Shown piece after piece: positions 52,290 to 64,000 of a stretch of DNA of 64,000 nucleotides. Both the position numbers and the translations under genes were made by a program. How positions within the stretch are numbered: the stretch's first letter is position 1; every line of letters begins with the position of its first letter. The notes beneath the pieces were generated by a model. The model searched no databases. It was not told the origin of the DNA and worked only from the letters and a program-made list of their open reading frames with translations. Source of the stretch: the human T2T-CHM13v2.0 reference genome, Homo sapiens; the NCBI RefSeq assembly GCF_009914755.1, contig NC_060935.1. The stretch is one strand, 5' to 3'.

Positions 52290-55200
52290 GTCAGTACGTC
52301 ACCTCTCAAGGGTATAAAGCCATGCAAATACATATATGTTCATAGGTCATGCAGTCATGCTGATTCTCTGGAGAAAAATGACAATAGTAACCATTGTAAG
52401 TATTGTAAACCTAAACACTTAAGCTTGAGAAGATTAGGTAAATAATTTAATAAGGAGATGAAATATACCCTTTCTATACTCCCATTGACCATAATTAGCT
52501 CAGAGTGGAAAGATGTTGCCAACACACTAGGTGTGGACCATAGTGTCCAGAAATTTAACCCTGTCAGTAGAATTATCTGACCTATTAATTTTGATGCAAA
52601 GGTATTTGTGTGTACATTCAATAAAATTGTTATGATAGCTGTGAAAGCAGTAGTTTTTAGGGAAATTAAAAAAAAAAGACGGGAGGGTAAATGGAAGGAG
52701 TAAAATACATACACTTCTAATTGTGGGTATTTTCAAGGCAAGTAAAATCATCAGTATTTTCCTTCCATTTCATTACTCAGCCCAAATGCCATCAAGCTAA
52801 GTTGAGTGGGAATTGCATACAGGAATTACCATGGCAACCAGCTTAAAAATTTGTTCCCCTGCTGAGAATTTAGCTCACTGGATAATACTTTGTTTTTACC
52901 TTTGGAAAATTACATGGGAGTTAATTTTGGAAACATGTATAAGCCATCTCTAAGTTCAAGCCATTACTTGGGTTAGTTTTCCTAGGGGTAAAGGATATTA
53001 GTAGTGGTTTGTCCCTTGCAAAATAATATACAGGAATTCAAAGAAGGTAGATATTCAGTCTATTATGACTTCTAAGGCACCAATGTCTAGACACTCTCCT
53101 AGGTGTGATTTGGTCATTTATTGAAGGTCTGGTGTGAGCAAGAACACAGATAATCATGACATCAGAGAGAATGAGACGGCCTTCTGTTTCCAGTGATATG
53201 GCAGACTAGACATTCCGGAACACCTTCTTACTGCAGTCATCTAAAACACTGGGAAAATATTAAAAATAAAACTTCTTAAAAACTATGTTGATGAGGAATT
53301 TTACTTGCGGTTAGACTAATAATTCCATTGTAACAACAACAACAAAACAGGACAAAACAAACAAAAGCATATAAATACACAACCTGATGCCTCTACCCAT
53401 TTCAGCTTTTGGAGTCTAATATGTAAGTAATACTTGAATTGACAGGGGATTGTATAAATATTATGCCTGATTATTTACTTCATGTCTGCAGTTAATTTAA
53501 AAAGAAAGACAAATATAATATTATAGCAGTAATACAGGAGGTTTACTAGCTATGTCAGTTGAATTCAGTAAAAAGCTCCAATCTTGTCAGGGAATGTGTT
53601 GCTTAGGGTGTAGGAAAAGAAATTCAGTTGTATGAATTAGAAGATCTTGTGAGGTGGTGGAGTGTGGTCAAAATTTGGACATCTGTATAGCAAACACATG
53701 CTTACCTCAGAGATCATAGAGGTTTGGATGAAAACTAAGAAAAGTTTATATCTATTAATATGCCACATGTCATACATATGACTTTTATTAAATTTAGGGT
53801 TAGATATAACAGTACAAGGATGAGCAACAGAAACCAAAAGTCTTGATAAAAAACAGTTTTGTGACCTTCCACTCCTCTATTTCTCACCCAAGAAAGTTTC
53901 TTGATTCAATTTGTAAACCAGAGATTATTGCTAGTTCACTCCTCCAAAAGGACATAATCTTATTAAACAGAAATTTACACCTCTGCAAGTTGTTTTGCTT
54001 TGGAGCTTACATTATTTCATGTAATTTCCTGAGCCTATAAAGAAAGAGCACACTGGGAAAGGCAAAGTATTTTGGAGCAATTAATAAACATACAGATAAT
54101 TAATTTGTATTAAAATGGGCTAATTTATCAATCTTATGGAGATCTGATGTTTTACTCTGCATAGACTTATTCAATATTGAACGTATATGAGATAGCTGTT
54201 TAAAAAGAAAGGAAGAAAGAAAAGGAAAGGAAGCTTTAGAGAAATAAGGAGATTTATGTAAATCAAACTAAGCATTAATCCCAAGCGTCAAACCAGGATT
54301 ATTTAAAATGTGACATTGATTAAGATATTATAATGGATTTTATAAATATTTAACTTGAGTGAAAACAAAGTTTGGACACATTAAGCATAAAAGACATTCT
54401 GAAGAGTTTCAGTAGCTCTTTGGAATTCCTACATTCTTCACAAGAGTAATGACATTTAACTATTCTTGACCACTGCGGGTACAGTTACTACAATCCAAGG
54501 ACAACAGCTGGACCGATATGTGATGCAAGTCATCCTCTACCCAGATTGGTTCCAATAAACATTTGTGAATTCATTTTTGAAGAAAGTGTGTCATTGTTTA
54601 TGGAATTAAAACTTCAGATAAAGGTAGATTTTGGAACTATGAAAATAAAATCAAAGGTAATTTTTTTGAAATGATGAAATTAAACAAAGATGTTTCCTAC
54701 TAAGAGCATTATAAAAATGGTTCTCTTAAACTAGTTAGTATGTCAATTGGAAAGTATGCAAAATTGCTAGGAAAATCTGATTTATATGTTTATTTGATTT
54801 ATTATCTTTATTCATAATCTTACTTTTAGAAATATTTTGTATAATAATTCAAAAATACCCAGTCTTTTTCTCAATGTATAATTTTCAGATTAGATTTATG
54901 TTTAAGTCTTCTAAATTTAGAGCCTTCTAAATTTCCTTGTGATCATACAGCCCAGATGTAGAGAGTCAACTTCTTTTGAAATCATAAATCCTTTCATTGT
55001 AAAAGATTAATTCTGATTTATTTTTATATATCTTTGAAGCACTGGTATATACTGTTTTTTATTCAATCATTTATTCATTCAAAAAAATCTTCCCTAAGTG
55101 TGTACTAGATTAAGCCTTCATGTTTCTTTTTGTGAGAGATCAAAGACTTGGTAATCCTTACCTTCAAGGAATTTATTTAAATAAAAAATATAGTACAGAT

Positions 55201-58200
55201 AGAACAAACTAGCTGAATTTGAATCAGTTCAAAATTCTTTAATGAAGTACAATTTTGTGATATGATCATATTAATAATTAGTGGAAAGGGAATGGAATAT
55301 ATTTAACATGCTAAATTTTGTATGTACTCAAAGCATTAGAATGGCTGAAGGCTCTGGAAGCTTACCATTTGGATATTTCAAGTTAACATGACCTCAGCTG
55401 ACAGTAACATAAACTTCTAACCCTGTCATTTCATGTGTAATTTTACATGGTTAAAATTCTACAACGTATGCATTGTTTTATACTTATTCATTTATATAAA
55501 CAAACAACACATCTATGTTACTCAGAGCAAAATACATATTTTGACTTTTTAAGTCAAATTTAAATTTATGCCTTCTAAAGATATAAATAAAAATACAAGG
55601 ATACAGAAAACGTTTTCATATTTTCTTTGATGAGATAATAAAAATTGTGTTTCACTTTGTACCTACTAAGTACACTAAATAAAGGAGAGCTATGTACTTT
55701 AATTTGTAGGTTATTAAATTAGCTTGTTGGTCTCCACATTGTCAAAATTCACTTAAGTTCATTACCAAATTTCTATTTAATTTTGTGATACAGCTTCTCT
55801 CAGATTTACATTAACTGATGACCTCAAGATCAGTTATGGTTTTAGGCCAGAAAAGAGAAAATAGAAGACTAATAAAACATGCATATAAATAAATTTGTTT
55901 TCCTTCTGAAAAATCTCCGAATAAAAACATGGACTCAATATTTTTTATGAAGAAACAAATTCTTCTCTGTTAAGAAGTTATTGAGTTAAAAACTCTTTAC
56001 ACAGAATCTAGATATTTGCAGAATGAAAAGTTGGTGTAGGGGAAAGAGAACTGGTCTCAGAATTAGAACTAATCTAAATGCATAATTTAGTTCTGCCATT
56101 ACCAACCATTCACGTCAGAAACAATTATAGTTCTCTCAGATTCTTATCTTTGTCCAAGTAATTTTCCTGGCAAGTTTCTGAAATTGACTCTAGTTTGCCT
56201 TCAGCAGACATGAGTCCAAGAAGTCACAGTCTAAGTGGTAAATGGGAGGCAGACAAAAGAGTCATTAGAAGACATGCACAGCAAGAACCACAGCCAAAGT
56301 CAGGGACAATCCTTACTAGCACTGCCAAAGCAGTGAATTGTTTTCATTTGTCATGTTCTTGCACCAGTTGCACAAGATGTAGAGCACATATAATTTACCA
56401 AGTCTGGGGCATGTGAGATAAAGAATCTCTATACTACTTTCCATGGGACTACATAAAATGGGAGGTTGTCCAAAAAGGAGATCTGAGAGCTCCTAGGAAG
56501 ATACACCTTAGAATTAGAGTTTCCTCATCAGTAAAATCACATTTGTAATATTTACTTAAGAGTATTAGAGATAATGGTACAAATGAACACACTTTTTGGT
56601 TAAATTTGGTTGTATCTGCATCAGTTAATGAAAAAAATGAGAGAATATTTTAAATTTGATAACAAAGAAATAGTCGCTGTATGCAAGGAACATATGGAAG
56701 GCAAAAAACGATGAATAACATGCGCTAGAGTCCGGTCTTCTCTCTGGTGTGTACGCTTTGCTTTAAATCAAAGGAAAATAAAGAAGATGCAAATCCAGGG
56801 AGAACTGATTATTGTAGCACACTATGCTAGATCTTAAGATCTTGTGTCAAGCTATTTATTATTAATGAGGCTTTTTTCTTCCAAAGCAAACTTGAGTATC
56901 ACTCTTGATCAAATGGAAAGAGAATGTCAAAAGTACACAAGTTCACCATTAGAAAAAGAGAGTCTACTGGCACATAGAAAGTCTATTTTGCTTGACAATG
57001 GCAAAATATATAATCTTATTACAGAGAATGAAATCTGCTTGTTTGTCTCAGAGCTTATATTTATGTGGTCACTGCTTGACTCTGAAGCCATTTCTTGAAC
57101 TCACTGAAGATCTCAAGATGGAATAAATGAACCAACTGCTGAAGTATTGTAAAAGTAATTCAATGTTTAGTTAAATATATAACAGGCATGAAATTTGCAT
57201 ATATTCTCTAAAGATTTCTCAAAGATGTAACCATTTCAACCATGTTATACTATATTCCCATTCATTTAATTACTTTAGTATAGGAATATCATGTGGTAAG
57301 ATGTTTGGAGTATTTTTTATAGATTATCTAATTGAATATTTTCAAATTAAATGAAAAGTGCATTGGAAATATTTAATTCTATTAAATCTTAGAGGTTGGA
57401 GAATATGCTGTTTTCAAAGATTGCTATTTTGTATGTTCATTTGGATACTCATTGCTTCACTGAATCCTAAGATCTTTTATTAGTTTTCTAATTCATTTTC
57501 TAGACTACAGTGTAATGTAAACACACTGAAACTGCTGAATAATATCTTGATATTATGATACGTAACAGTCAGGAGTATTGATACACATGAAGTTGACATT
57601 TAGCTTAGTATTTTTGTTAATATTCTTTCTCTATTGCACTTGCACTTTTGCTTTTATTGCTTCAGTAGAGATAAAAACAAGTGATAGCAATATGGCAGTT
57701 AAGAGGTTGTAAACATATGAGGCTGCAAATAATTTAATTGGATATAAGTGTCTAGAGACTTAATTTATCTTAAAATGTCCTTACTAAGTTAAATAGAAAA
57801 GTAAAATGCTTGGATCTGTTAAGAAAAAAAGAGCAACAAAATTAAACAATGAATGTCTTTTTAAGTTGTATACAATTAGATATCTCAACATTAATTATAT
57901 TATGAAAAGCAAATCATGAAGTATCTTTTGGCTTGAATTTCAATTTGTCCAAGGGTCTTTCTTCGCTTCAAACCACAAGTTAATAGCAACATAGAAAAAA
58001 GCTGAGGTTGATCAATGCTGGACTCAAAAAACACATATAATGAATTTATATCTGCAAAATATAAGCCCAGTCTCTTTTACTAATAACCACAAATGATATG
58101 TAATCAATGTATAATAAAACCACTAAACAGATAATTAGCTTTGTGGTTTGAGGTATAACAAAAAAGTAGATTCTTGAAGCTTCTAATTGTCTTCCCAACT

Positions 58201-60099
58201 GGTATATATAACTTGGCATTTAGTATTCTGTAATGACACATTAGCTTCAATCTTGCTAGGCTCAAACTTAATTTTGATTTTTGAGTGGGGTAAAAAAACT
58301 AAGAAAAAATAACTCAATTGTTTGACGGAGCTTAATGCCAATTTTAATTAATGGTCCTAAAATAATATAAATAAAGTAAGTACAACAATGATCTATCAAT
58401 ACAAAATTAAAAATTAAAAAATATTAAAAGGAATATAAATAAGCCTTTGGATTGATGAATAAATCAATATTTAATATCAGTTACCTAATTTGTGTTCTGT
58501 ATGTTGCACAATATTTTATGAGAAGAAAAAATGTATTTTTTAAATTACTATGTTTCTTCTTTGAGGTGGGGTAGGTGGAGGAACATGTTTCTATGTAGTT
58601 TCCCTAACACTAAGTTGGATTATATATTAAATTGACTATAATTCTACTTTTAAGATATATATTTGCAAGTCTAAATAAGGAAGTTTTATCATTGTGTGTC
58701 ATGTTAAAGATCAAAAATCAATTCACTACTGTGGCAGGAAAAAACAAGAAAATAAACTATCATCCTTCTATTGATACTCTAATTTTAAGACTACTCATTT
58801 CACAATCTCTTCTTTGGGGATTTGCACTCATATAAGAAAACCTTGACAGAAGATCATATCTGAAGTAAAAACTTTCAAATTTAACATTTAATTGTAAGTT
58901 TCTAAATGTTTTCTTACTAATTACTAGTGATTATAGTGTTTCCTACTAACGATAGGATTCAACAAAACTGTTTCTTTTTTGTTAAAGAAGTTCGTAGTTA
59001 TTCTGACTTGCTACAAACATTACTTGATGGTAGTACTCTCTTTATGCTCTGTAACATATGCATAATAAGAATCTAAACATAATTAAGTGAGGCTTATTAA
59101 GAATGTCTAAAATTGTGTTACATTTAGTTCTCTCCAGTCCATACTGGTTTTCAATGACATAGAGAAAAGTCAGTTTAAGTCAATATACTTAACTTAGAAA
59201 GAATCATTAGTGCAATCAGATAATCAGTATATCAAATAAACCAGTCATTCATTAAGCCTTTATTAAATACTGTGTACAAAATTTGTACATCTAGATAATT
59301 GCTCTTCTATAGAGCTGAACAAAACGCTCTACATTTTAAAGACTAGAGGTTAGAAACAGAAATTTAATTTGTATTATAATATAGTCTTACTATAAAAATG
59401 TATAATTGAAATATAAAAATTCTATGGCTATTATTAAATATTTATCATGAACTATTATTAGCCACTTAGAGGTTAGGCTTTATCAGAGAAATGAATGAAA
59501 GGAAATTATTAAATTTCTTCTTGAATATAATTAGGTACCTAGATTATATCTGCAAAGTCAAAATTCTAGAGTCTATGCAAGCTATTATCTAGGTAGCATT
59601 TATGGAAAATATCCTTAACCTTCAACATGTTTAAATTATCTAGGTTAGGTATGAAAGTATCCTAGAATTGCTGAAATCCTTTCTTTGTTCAATACATATC
59701 TATCAGTATGCTGACATGTATGGAGACTTTTGACTTCAGATGCACTGAAACAAAAATGAGCAGTTGTAATAAATATTACTTCCTTGATTAATAAGGCTGA
59801 GTACTCAAGTGCATTGGCACTACGAGATGCATCAAATATGAGACATGGCAAAATGGTAGGAAAGAAAAACAAACAAGCAAAATGGCATGAATCAAGGTGA
59901 TAATAGTAAGTAGAGTACAGATTCCCCCAAGTGTTAAATAACAAGCTTCCTAGGCCTCCACTGAGAAATCTTCTTGAGAGAGACATTTTATGTCAGCCCA
60001 GACTTTCAATGAAACTATAACTCCAAGAGTTTCCTTTCCCAGATCCTTATGGCTCCTTATGCCATTTTTATTAATAATAGAAATAATCATAAATATTTT

Positions 60100-60305
60100 A
60101 TTTATGGTAAGCTAGTACATTTTGGATCATTTAAATTCATTTATCATTGTATTATATATACATTATACTGATTTTATAGACAAGGGAACTGAAACTTAGA
60201 ATGGTTTAGTAACTCACCTAAAGTCTCATTGCAATTAAGTTGTGGAGATAGAATTTGAACCCAGATACATATGGCTTCAGGGCTTCTGAGTTTTTACACA
60301 CCACG
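60100..60305 (-). mobile_element. MIR
   Basis: attttatagacaagggaactgaaacttagaatggtttagtaactcacctaaagtc...gaatttgaacccag. Confidence 0.8.
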
Positions 60306-60653
60306 TTATGTTTCCTCCTTTTACAAAGGGAGAGTCTCTATTATGTAGTAAGCTAATAGAGTTTGGAGCAGTGGTATCTAATCAGCTTTTTTCTCCTATT
60401 TTCTTCCCTTATCTGCCTTGTAAGCATGCCAGGTCCTTTGTAAAATGTGATAAATTCTTGTAGCTTCTTGTTACATACTGAAGGAAAAAGCTAGGACTTT
60501 TTAGAGCAAAGTATATGAAAATTGCTGGAGGAATATGTGGCAAGATGTTAAGGAGGAGAGAAGTACAAACACTTGAAAAATCCTAGAATATAGATTAGCC
60601 ATTTGGAATAAAAGGTAATAAGTAACAGATAAGATATATTAAAATGTTCCACA

Positions 60654-60963
<310 letters not shown>

Positions 60964-61469
60964 TTAAGGGGTGCTGACTGAATTTAAGTTACATAATCAT
61001 CTAATCACACATAGTACTTGCAATAATGTTTGGCACACAGCAAACATTATATATGTGTCAGCTACTGTTAATATTTATTGTTATCAATACTATTGTTTAT
61101 ATCCCTCCAGTCACCTAGGCTGTTGGATTTGATCTTTTTTAAAAAAAGTTTATGAAAGGGGTACCACAGGAAACTGGAAAGCATAGATGCTTATATTACA
61201 CATCCAATATAATATGACCATTTTCCTCTACTAAACTGTCAAATTCTCAATTTAAATGAATTACGAATGTGTATCTCAATTGGAAATAAAAGCATAAAAT
61301 GGATAAGAGAAATAATCTCAGTTAGAGGTGTAACCATACCTTTACTAAGCCTTGTGAAAATCAATAAATAAATATGTAAATAAACAAATACATTCTTGTA
61401 ACCTCAGTTTCTGTTTCACAAGCTCATTGTAAATATTGATGGGATTAACTTCATAAAATCCTATTTATC

Positions 61470-62130
61470 CATATATTGATTTATTCATAAAAAGTATTTT
61501 ATGGTGGACATTGTTTTAGAAACAAGAGACAAAATTATGAAAAATATAGACAATGTCTACCCTCTTGGAGCTTTTATTCTACTGTGGAGAAGATGGAGAA
61601 TAAATAAGAAAAAATAAACAAACAATGTAATTACAAACTGTGATGGTGCTCAGAAGAAAATAAAACAGGTTTATCTGATAAAGAGTAATTAGAAAGCCAC
61701 AGAAGGCACATCTAAGAATGTGGCATTTAAGCTGGGGCTTGAAGAATGAGTAAATGCCCAGAGAATAAAACAGAAAGTTCAAATGCAATATATACATATA
61801 TGGCATATATATGGCATATATATATATATATATATATAGTCTCATCTCCCATGATGTTCCCTTCTTTTCAGCAGTAATAATTTTTCATTGTTTTCACTCA
61901 AGTATGTCAAATTCTATATATACATGTAGAACATATATATAGAATTTGACATACTTGAGTGAAAACAATGAAAAATTATTACTGCTGAAAAGAAGGGAAC
62001 ATCATGGGAGATGGGACAAGAGATAGATTATGTAGAAGCATTGTACATGGTATGATATTTATTCTAAGTTTAAGTAGAGCCATTCAAGGGCTGAAGGAAG
62101 GCCATAGTGGGTAAGATATTTGATTTTCTT
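61470..62130 (-). mobile_element. Decayed L2 fragment interrupted by a TA tract and an inverted duplication
   Basis: ctaccctcttggagcttttattcta; gtggcatttaagctggggcttgaagaatgagta; tttattctaag...agagccatt. Confidence 0.6.
61843..62013. repeat. Perfect inverted repeat with 80-bp arms (61843-61922 and 61934-62013) and an 11-nt spacer
   Basis: Checked base by base: 80/80 complementary. Spacer is CATGTAGAACA. Confidence 0.98.
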
Positions 62131-62146
62131 GAAGGAAAAAAAATGC

Positions 62147-62631
62147 CTTGAACAACATACTTCTAAATAACAAATGAATCAGAAAAGAAATCTCCAGAGA
62201 AATATTGAAAAGATTCTGAAGTTCATGCAATGAAAAGGTAACATCAAGATTTGTTGGATGAGGCAAAAAAGTGCTTGCAGGAAAATTTATAGCACTGAAT
62301 GAATTCATTAGAAACGAAGAAAAATGTAAAATCAGTAATCTAAGCTTCCACTTCAGGAAACTAGAAAAAGAACAACAGATTAAATCCCAGCCTAACAAAA
62401 GAGAAGAAATAATAAAACTTAGAGCAGAAATCAATGGAATTAAAAACATAAAATCAACAGAAACAAATTCAACGAAACCAAATGCCGGTTCTTTAAAAAG
62501 TTGAATACCATCAATAAGCTTCTAGCCAAGCAAACTAGGAAAAATACAAGAGAGAAGAGACGGAAATTACTAATATTATAAATGAAACAGATGGCATTCA
62601 TACAAATCCCATAAACATTAAAATGATTAAG
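62147..62631 (+). mobile_element. Old L1M ORF2 fragment (post-endonuclease region)
   Basis: GKFIALNEFIRNEEKCKISNLSFHFRKLEKEQQ...EIIKLRAEIN. Confidence 0.9.
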
Positions 62632-62912
62632 TAATATTGGGTCTTCCTATCCATGAACAAGGACTATCTTGCCATTTATTTAGTTCTTCTTTTATATCTT
62701 TTATGAGAGTTTTGTAACTTTTCTAATATAGATCTTGTACCTATTTTGTTACTTTTTGGGTGCTAACATAATGGTAATGCATTTAAAATTTTAAATTAAA
62801 CTTACCTGTTGTTGGTATACAAGAAAGTGATTGTCTTTTGTGTATTAGCCTTGTTTCCTGCAGCATGGCTGTAATTCAGATTTTCTACATAAATGATCAT
62901 GTCATCTGCAAA
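62632..62912 (-). mobile_element. Old L1M ORF2 RT fragment in the opposite orientation
   Basis: The reverse complement of about 62882-62912 encodes FADDMIIYVE. Confidence 0.85.
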
Positions 62913-62923
62913 GGTGGCTTTGC

Positions 62924-63169
<246 letters not shown>

Positions 63170-64000
63170 CTATGTATAGACAATTCTGTTGAGAAGATGT
63201 GTGTGTCTGGACACATAGAAACAAAGAAAAGGAAGTTGGCTGGAAATGGGTCTAGAGATCAAATTGAAGGAGAATTTTTGCTAGATGTAGACATTAAAAC
63301 AGAACATATGAATTCTGAACTAAATTTCTGAAGGAGAAAACACAATCTTCACTATATGTTGGACCTTTAGTAAAGCAGACCTAGTTTGCTCATCAATTTA
63401 TTTTATTACCAAAAATCCTTGATTAAGCCAGTACACATGACACTGCAAGCCCAAGAACCATATCCATATTACCTCAAGTTGAAGGAGTGGGATAGACTGG
63501 CTCACATAACTGAATTCCTTGAGTAGAACTCTCTTCAAATATGAACACAAAGTCACAAATAATGTCATCAGATCCCTGTCTCTTTTAACACTACTCACAC
63601 ATCTTCTTCAAGTGGCTAATGTATGGGGAACAATTGTCCAACATGCTCATATCCTAGAATAACCTGGAGAACAAAAATGTCTTTTGAATAGTTCAGGTAA
63701 AGACCTTTAGAAATCTCTGGCTTCCCTGCCTTGAGGCATGTACCGATCCCCAAATGTACCGGGGGTCACAGACTGCTAAAATTGATTAGGAATACATCAG
63801 GTGCCCATTTCTGGGAGTTAGGATAAGTAAAGTCAACATCAACCTTAATGAATAGGATAAAACATGTTTATTTTAGAGAGGAGAGAAGCGGTTTCCAAGT
63901 AGGCACTGGCAGAGCAAACAGAGCAAAGCAAAACAAAAATGTGTCTATTTCAAACATCCTAGAAAGAATGGTTAGTTGATTGTCTCAATAGTGCTCTCAG

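Noticed and set aside
53175-53285. Possible old L1M 5'-end fragment
   Set aside because: Too short and diverged to support a call.
59645-59986. 113-aa ORF in unique DNA, and other 60-120-aa ORFs in AT-rich regions
   Set aside because: No recognisable domain, composition typical of AT-rich non-coding DNA, and lengths expected by chance.

Overview
AT-rich primate (catarrhine, human-like) genomic DNA. No intact protein-coding gene could be recognised, and the window is dominated by transposable-element remnants. 1-9.45 kb is a stack of three co-oriented minus-strand L1 elements: an L1PA6/7-like copy with its 5'UTR and an RT-removing internal deletion, next to two older L1M-type copies, with Alu insertions. 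Further along are an L1PB with a truncated THE1D insertion (13.6-15.7 kb), an old 5'-inverted L1 (21.6-23.3 kb), a THE1A solo LTR, and a two-LTR but internally deleted HERV9/LTR12 provirus (26829-33903; TSD, PBS and PPT visible). About a dozen Alus, plus MaLR, L2, MIR and MER58 fragments and TA microsatellites, make up the rest. The most unusual structure is a perfect 80-bp inverted repeat with an 11-nt spacer (61843-62013) inside an ancient L2 fragment, which looks like a very recent fold-back duplication. Several orphan exon-like segments on both strands suggest possible spliced non-coding transcripts but are unproven. Subfamily calls come from recalled consensus sequences, not from a database search. 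I cannot claim a new biological system from sequence alone.
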